Part shown: positions 36,640 to 42,444 of the stretch, piece by piece | How the letters are laid out: each line of letters begins with the position of its first letter | Numbering within the stretch: position 1 is the first letter of the stretch | Assembly: GCA_031763465.1 (NCBI GenBank) | Contig: JARFOE010000163.1 | Span: 3,244,553 to 3,286,996, forward strand | Direction of reading: 5' to 3' | Origin: Squatina squatina | Taxonomy: Eukaryota | Length of the DNA stretch: 42,444 nt | Translations under genes and position numbers: made by a program | Notes under the pieces: model-generated | What the model was told of the DNA's origin: nothing | The model's database searches: none | Seen by the model: the letters and a program-made list of their open reading frames with translations, nothing else

Positions 36640-36810
36640 CGATGACTCAAGCGCCAACCCGTGCGAACTGTTAGAGACAGTTTGTTTTATATTGTAAATA
36701 ATGGTCGGCAAACGCCTTATAAGGCTGCGTGTCGGCGGAGCGGCCGGGGAAGTCTGAGAGCCGCGAGTAGCCATATACGGGCAAAGCCTGGAATTCACAG
36801 AGAATCTCGG
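36640..36810. promoter_or_regulatory. CpG-rich element with AP-1, CArG, ETS and CArG-like motifs
   Basis: TGACTCA 36643-36649, CCTTATAAGG 36715-36724, GGAAGT 36748-36753, CCATATACGG 36771-36780. Confidence 0.5.
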
Positions 36811-37398
36811 NNNNNNNNNNNNNNNNNNNNNNNNNNNNNNNNNNNNNNNNNNNNNNNNNNNNNNNNNNNNNNNNNNNNNNNNNNNNNNNNNNNNNNNNNN
36901 NNNNNNNNNNTATCCTAGGAACGAATAAAAGAAAGAATGGCCTTGTTACGGGCTGTGATCTTGTGTCATTCTAACAAATGGAGAGAAACGGCATACTGGA
37001 ACTACATTCCGAAGTGCTTTACACATTCAAATTGATGGTTCAGTTTCCCTTGTTCAAAGCTGTAGAATTTCGACGTGTGAGGCAAAGCATAACTTCAGGT
37101 TTTTAACACGGATATTGAACCATAAAATGGGAGGCTGGAATTTTGAAAATGTGGATTCAGGCACCACTATCTATGCCAGACACACGTTAAGTGGAAAATA
37201 AGAAGAGAAGACTGTCCAGAGCAAGAAAAAGCCCAGTCATTCCAATCACCTTTTGCTCCATTCAGAGCCCATTCTATCATGTCCTTGCNNNNNNNNNNTC
37301 CTTGCTCACCACCCATACCACCTGTTGATCTCCTGCACTTAAGAACACCAAGTTTGTTCTAATAACTCCCAAGAAAAAAAAAGAAGCAATGTTTTAAT

Positions 37399-38094
37399 GG
37401 CCTGGATTTTGCACTAACAATAACAGCGAGGCTATCAGCGCTCACTGTTGTTAAATAGTAAATTGGACAGCAACTTCCAGCAAATGTACATGCACAGTTA
37501 AACAGGGAAATCAGGAATTTGCTGTCTGGGTTGCCCTGTACCTCTCGAAGCTTTGCTATACCGGCTTCTCGCCAAGGGACTCAGCGTGAAATATATGGAA
37601 TGCGTGAAGTCGCTGTACTTACCCACTAGATACGCATTAAACTTGACAGAAAATTTTAGGGTTAAGTCTTAATAACTGCCAAACAACCTCTCTGGCATTG
37701 AAAATTAACTTTTACAAGTGCGGAGTGCCATTCCTTCAAATTTTAATTAGTTTTGGAGATATTAAAAAAAATGTAAATATTTTCAGTTTTACTTTTTCTG
37801 CCTCATTTCTTTCTCTCTCTTAATCCCATCTTTCCTTCCCTCTCTGTATTTCACTTGCTGTACCTGAGTTGCCATTGAATTAACTATTCTAACTTCGCCT
37901 TCCTGGTTCAGACTCTTCCTGCCTCAGTAAGGATTCTTCAATCTGATTGGTTAAGGAGATGCACAGTTGCTTGCCCTGTTCACACCAGCCCCAGATCTCC
38001 TGTAGAGGACGTCGTGCCAAAAATGGATTGCTAATTACCGCACATGCTAGTGCAAAAGCCAATTGAAAGTCTGTGAGCTAGCCAAATCCTGGCC
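37399..38094. mobile_element. MITE, PIF/Harbinger-like
   Basis: Left end GGCCTGGATTTTGC and right end GCCAAATCCTGGCC are 12/14 inverted repeats. Non-coding interior. Target site duplication not clear. Confidence 0.55.
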
Positions 38095-39124
38095 TCTATC
38101 TCTAACACTCAAATCCGCTTTCTCAAATCCCAATCCCATTTCTTAACAGCTTGCTGAAAAAGGGGATTGAGGCTGTTCAAAAATAAATTAACCAAATGTT
38201 GTTATTATATCTTCCAAATCAACCACCAGTTTTTGCAGCCTACTTAGCTTTTACCAGATTTCTGCTTAAACTGTTACACTCATTTTGTTCGGTGCTTAAG
38301 CATACTGGAAAGAATTGATCTTTTTCAGTCCCCAGTGATGTTGAACAGTTCCTGGGCCCCCGTTCCTATTAAATATGCCCAATTTAACAAGACTGGATCT
38401 TGTATGCAATTTCTGAACTCTTTCTCTGAGCTTTTGTAGTTTCTGAAGCCACATCTCATCAAAAACTTATCGCATCCAGTGGCTGACAGGTGCCCTGAAC
38501 CCATTAAAGCTGAACACAACCAGAGAATTCATATGTGAGATTGCGAATATTCAATGATTCTAGAGGGTATGTCTAATAAACTGTGCAAGGGAGCATCACC
38601 CACGCAATGACAGCACAAGAACATCAATTTTTTATTACCTGAAGCCAATATTACAGGAAACAAAAGTACAACAATTCAATATTGCAATGGAAAGCAAAAA
38701 TTTACCCAGTGTGTGTTCAATAAATAATTATTGGCTATTAGATAAGACACTTCTTTTCTCAGCTCACTGCTGCTTTTCTCCCTCTGCCTAGGCTAAATTG
38801 TCAGTAGTTTGCTTACAGAGATGACAGTGACATTCTAATNNNNNNNNNNNNNNNNNNNNNNNNNNNNNNNNNNNNNNNNNNNNNNNNNNNNNNNNNNNNN
38901 NNNNNNNNNNNNNNNNNNNNNNNNNNNNNNNNNNNNNNNCAGAATGTAGGTAGAGTGGAGTCGAGGACACCTGGAGCTCCAATGTGTTCTAGAGTGAATT
39001 CTCTGATTCTGTAACATAGAGCGTATCTGTAACAACCTGCTTTTAAATCATTGAGCGAGAGGCAGATAAATTGCTAATATTCAATGTGTTTTATTAATTC
39101 ATTGGGGGTCATTTTCCAAGTGCT

Positions 39125-39545
39125 ACAACAACAACTTGCAGTTATATAGCGCCTTTAGCATCATAAAACGTCCCAAGTATTATGCTGGCCGTGTAGTCAC
39201 TGTTTTTATGTAGTTAAACATGGCAGCCAATTTGCACACAGCAATGTCCCAAAAAAAGCAATGAGGTAAATGACTAGTTAATCTGTTTCTTGTCGTGGTT
39301 TCGAGATAAATCTTGGCCAAGACAGCAGATAAATTCCACTACTCTTCTTCGAATAGTAAATCGGGATATTTATGTCTGCCAAAATGAAGCTGATGGGGCC
39401 TGGACTAACGGCTCAACTGAAAAGATGGCAGTTCCGACAATGTAGCACACCTTCAGTACTGCACTGGATTAAGCGCTCTCGTCCCAGCCATGCAGTTTGA
39501 ACTCACAAACTTCTGACTCAGAGGTGAGGACACAACCACCAAACC
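39125..39545 (-). mobile_element. Near full-length degraded DeuSINE
   Basis: ACAACAACAACTTGCAGTTATATAGCGCC tail, GGCAGCCAATTTGCACACAGCAA, CAGTACTGCACTGGA core, and reverse tRNA head TTTGAACTCACAAACTTCTGACTCAGAGG. Confidence 0.8.
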
Positions 39546-41744
39546 ATGCTGGTGCTCCAGTATGGTGTGTGGACATCCGGTCCATGGCCTAGAGATTCGG
39601 CTGCGTAGGCGCTAAGTGGCCTACAAAATCCCCCAATATGGCGGGCAGGAGTGGCGTGCACAATTCCCTCTGGAATTGCAGCGCCCACCATATTGGTAGA
39701 GGAGGTTGTGCTGGCGGCAGAAGCACACACTGACAAGATCCTATTTCTTCTGTTCTCCTGTTCTCTGCATAACCAGTTTTAAGTTAGGCTCCATGTATTG
39801 ACCATGCTTAGTGCGGAGACAGGGTTTCCTGACCTCAGTCCTAAATTCGCTTTTTGTCAGCTTGACCCTGTGCCCTCTTGTCCTAGTGTTATGGTGTAAA
39901 ACATATTATTTACATCAGTGGCCAGTAATGCCACTTAACTAGTGGGAAACACAGTTATATGAAGGAATCCAGTGCATGACCTCTTTCAGGGACAAGGGGT
40001 TTGTATAAAATGGACAACCAAATTGAATTCAGTTCAAATCAATAGATTTAAATTTGATTTGTCAGACAAACACGTTATTTGATTTGAAACATTTATTTGC
40101 AATCCAACTTCTTGTACACCACGGATATCCTAATTCTTTCCTTTATTTAATCCTTTAACAAAATCTCCAATACAAAGATTTTAAACAGAAAATAAATCAG
40201 TCTCTTGGGAAGTGCAGTCGGAGATACGGTCTGAGCTCCATTGCCCTAAAATCCTGTTTAACTTGCATTACAAATCCTTACTTCTGGTTCCCTGGAACTT
40301 TAGTCTCTTGCTTCAAGCTAGGGTGGGACATTACATTAAATCTAGTAACACTGAACTGCTAATTAATTGTTCACACCAGACAAGGGTGTGATGTGGATTC
40401 AAAGCTGCTAAAGGACATATCTGAGGACTGACTATCCTCAAAAAGAAACAAAATGCACCTNNNNNNNNNNNNNNNNNNNNNNNNNNNNNNNNNNNNNNNN
40501 NNNNNNNNNNNNNNNNNNNNNNNNNNNNNNNNNNNNNNNNNNNNNNNNNNNNNNNNNNNNATGTCAGCAGTTTGCTTAATTGAACCGGGCACCTAATATC
40601 TCTGCGTCTGTGAAGGAAGATGTTTATAAAGAAGCTGAACTACATAAATGGCAACAATGACTGAAAAATATGATCCAATTTTGGGGAGGGGGTGCGGCTG
40701 GGCGTTAAGGTAGATGTTTGTGGCTGAGATAAAATTTCACGACAAAGTCGAGCTGAAAGGCATCTGCCAAAAGTAACAAAGCTGTTTTACTTCAAACCAT
40801 TCCTCTCCGCCTACGTCTTCCTCTCGACAGAGTGTCCTCTCACAGGATATTGCTGCCCACAGATTTCATTTCACTGCTTTTGTTATTGATGTAGATGTGC
40901 AATCTGTGTAGGATTCACGGGTAAAGTCGATAGGCGACAGATAGGAGACAAGTGACAGCTACAATTTCCAGTTGTGTTCTGCATTTTTTCTAAATGACAG
41001 CTCTGACCTTCAAAGTCCTTGCTTTTTTTTTGCTTTTGAATATTCCAAAATCTACATGTAAACCTTAGGCACACATATTTCATTTGTTGCCATTCAAGGG
41101 AATGTGAAGGTTTCATAACTTCTGTTTATTGTCCCTCCGCCCTGAAGCAATCTCTTGCAGAGCTTACACTTAACACAAAGAGAAAAAAATAATAAGCCGA
41201 AACTGTGCGCTATCAGGGAAAACATTAAAAATATATGTTTACCTGTCACTTCCTGCGTAATTTTGAGGAAGCTATTTGTCNNNNNNNNNNATGTAACATT
41301 GCCAAAGATTACTGTCATTAGGAAAAGGATTTTTTCACATCTTCTAGCAAATATGAGCTTAAATTACCTGACAAATTAGACAGGTTAATACAAATGCAAA
41401 ACCCTTTTTACATGTCAGTGGTGTTTGACAACGTCATAAAAGAGACAGAAAGACCAGCAGGAAATTAATGAGCTTCTCTTATGGGCAGAAGATGAATAAA
41501 AAGAGGATTTCAGACAAAATAAATGTGCTAGAATCCGACACAGACTGACAGGTAGATGCACTGCACGTATTCATAAACCATGCAGGTTGATGATGGTCTC
41601 TTTGAACTTTAACCCTTTGAGAATGACTGTGGTAGCTGCTTTGCACCAAAATTAAAATACTGTGAATGAACAATTAATGCGTGGTCCAGTGCATTACTCA
41701 AGTTATGCTGTATTTTCAGCTCTAATATTATAGTCGTAGAATAC

Positions 41745-42444
41745 ATCCTAGGCTGCTGAGGGAAGTAAGGGTGGAAATTGCGGAAGCTCTGGCCACAATC
41801 TTTAAATCCTCCTTAGATTATAGAAGTGGTGCCAGAGGACTGAAGGATTGCAAGTGTTACACCCCTGTTCAAAAAAGACGAGAGGCATAGACCCAGCAGT
41901 TACAGGCCAATCAGCCTAACATAATTTTTTAGCGACATTAATCTGGGACAACATTAATTGACACTTGGAAAAATATGGGTTAATAAATGAAAGCTAGCAT
42001 GGATTTGTTAAAGGCAAATATGTTTGACTAACTTGATTGGGCTCTTTGATGAAGTAATGGAGAGGCTAGCTGAGGGTAGTGCGGTTGCTGTTGTGTATAT
42101 GGACTTTCAAAAGGTATTTGATAAATTACCGCACAATAGACTTGTTAGCAAAATTAAAGAGGCTGTGGCTCCGTGGATACGAAATTGGCTAAGGTACAGA
42201 AAGCAGAGTAGTGGTGAATGATTGTTTTTCAGACTGGACGGTAGTGTGCTGTGGTGTCCCCCCCCAGGGTCAGTGTTGGGACTACAGCTCTTTTTAATGT
42301 ATATTAATGACCTGGACTTGGGTATACAGGGTATAATTTGATAGTTTGCAGATGACACAAAACTCAGAAGTGTAATAAACAGTGAGGAGTATATTAACAG
42401 ACTTCAGATAGGAGACACAGACTGGTGAAATGGGCAGACACATG
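41745..42444 (+). mobile_element. CR1 LINE ORF2 reverse transcriptase region, disrupted, running off the window
   Basis: Motifs YRPISLT, HGFVKGK.CLTNLI, VVYMDFQKVFDKLPH.RL, WIRNWL, GVP.GSVLG and FADDTK, with stops and frameshifts. Confidence 0.92.

Noticed and set aside
23700-42444. Expected upstream neighbour MIDN
   Set aside because: No midnolin-like coding exon recognised in this window.

Overview
Eukaryotic, gap-riddled genomic window. The repeat content (DeuSINE/SacSINE1-type SINEs, CR1, L2, Penelope) suggests a cartilaginous fish (inference). Two convergent loci are visible. (1) On the + strand, a B7-family immunoglobulin gene most like CD276/B7-H3: TATA/CpG promoter ~3.8 kb, signal exon 4539-4596, IgV exon 5293-5640, IgC exon 6771-7058. 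Both canonical IgC cysteines are replaced by Phe and no transmembrane exon can be found. (2) On the - strand, a cold-inducible RNA-binding protein (CIRBP) locus with two different C-terminal exon sets. One is a divergent copy with five consecutive coding exons (22605->19458). The other is a canonical-looking second exon 4 (13983->13842) with the ATHNE* last exon (12049->12033) and a conserved 3'UTR, but no visible N-terminal RRM exons of its own. This is either a tandem duplicate with exons hidden in N-gaps or one RRM with two alternative tails. From 23 to 42 kb the sequence is non-coding, with decayed transposons, MITE-like ends sharing a subterminal hairpin, and an SRF/ETS/AP-1 motif cluster near 36.7 kb. 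Comparisons to human sequences are from recall and need alignment to confirm.
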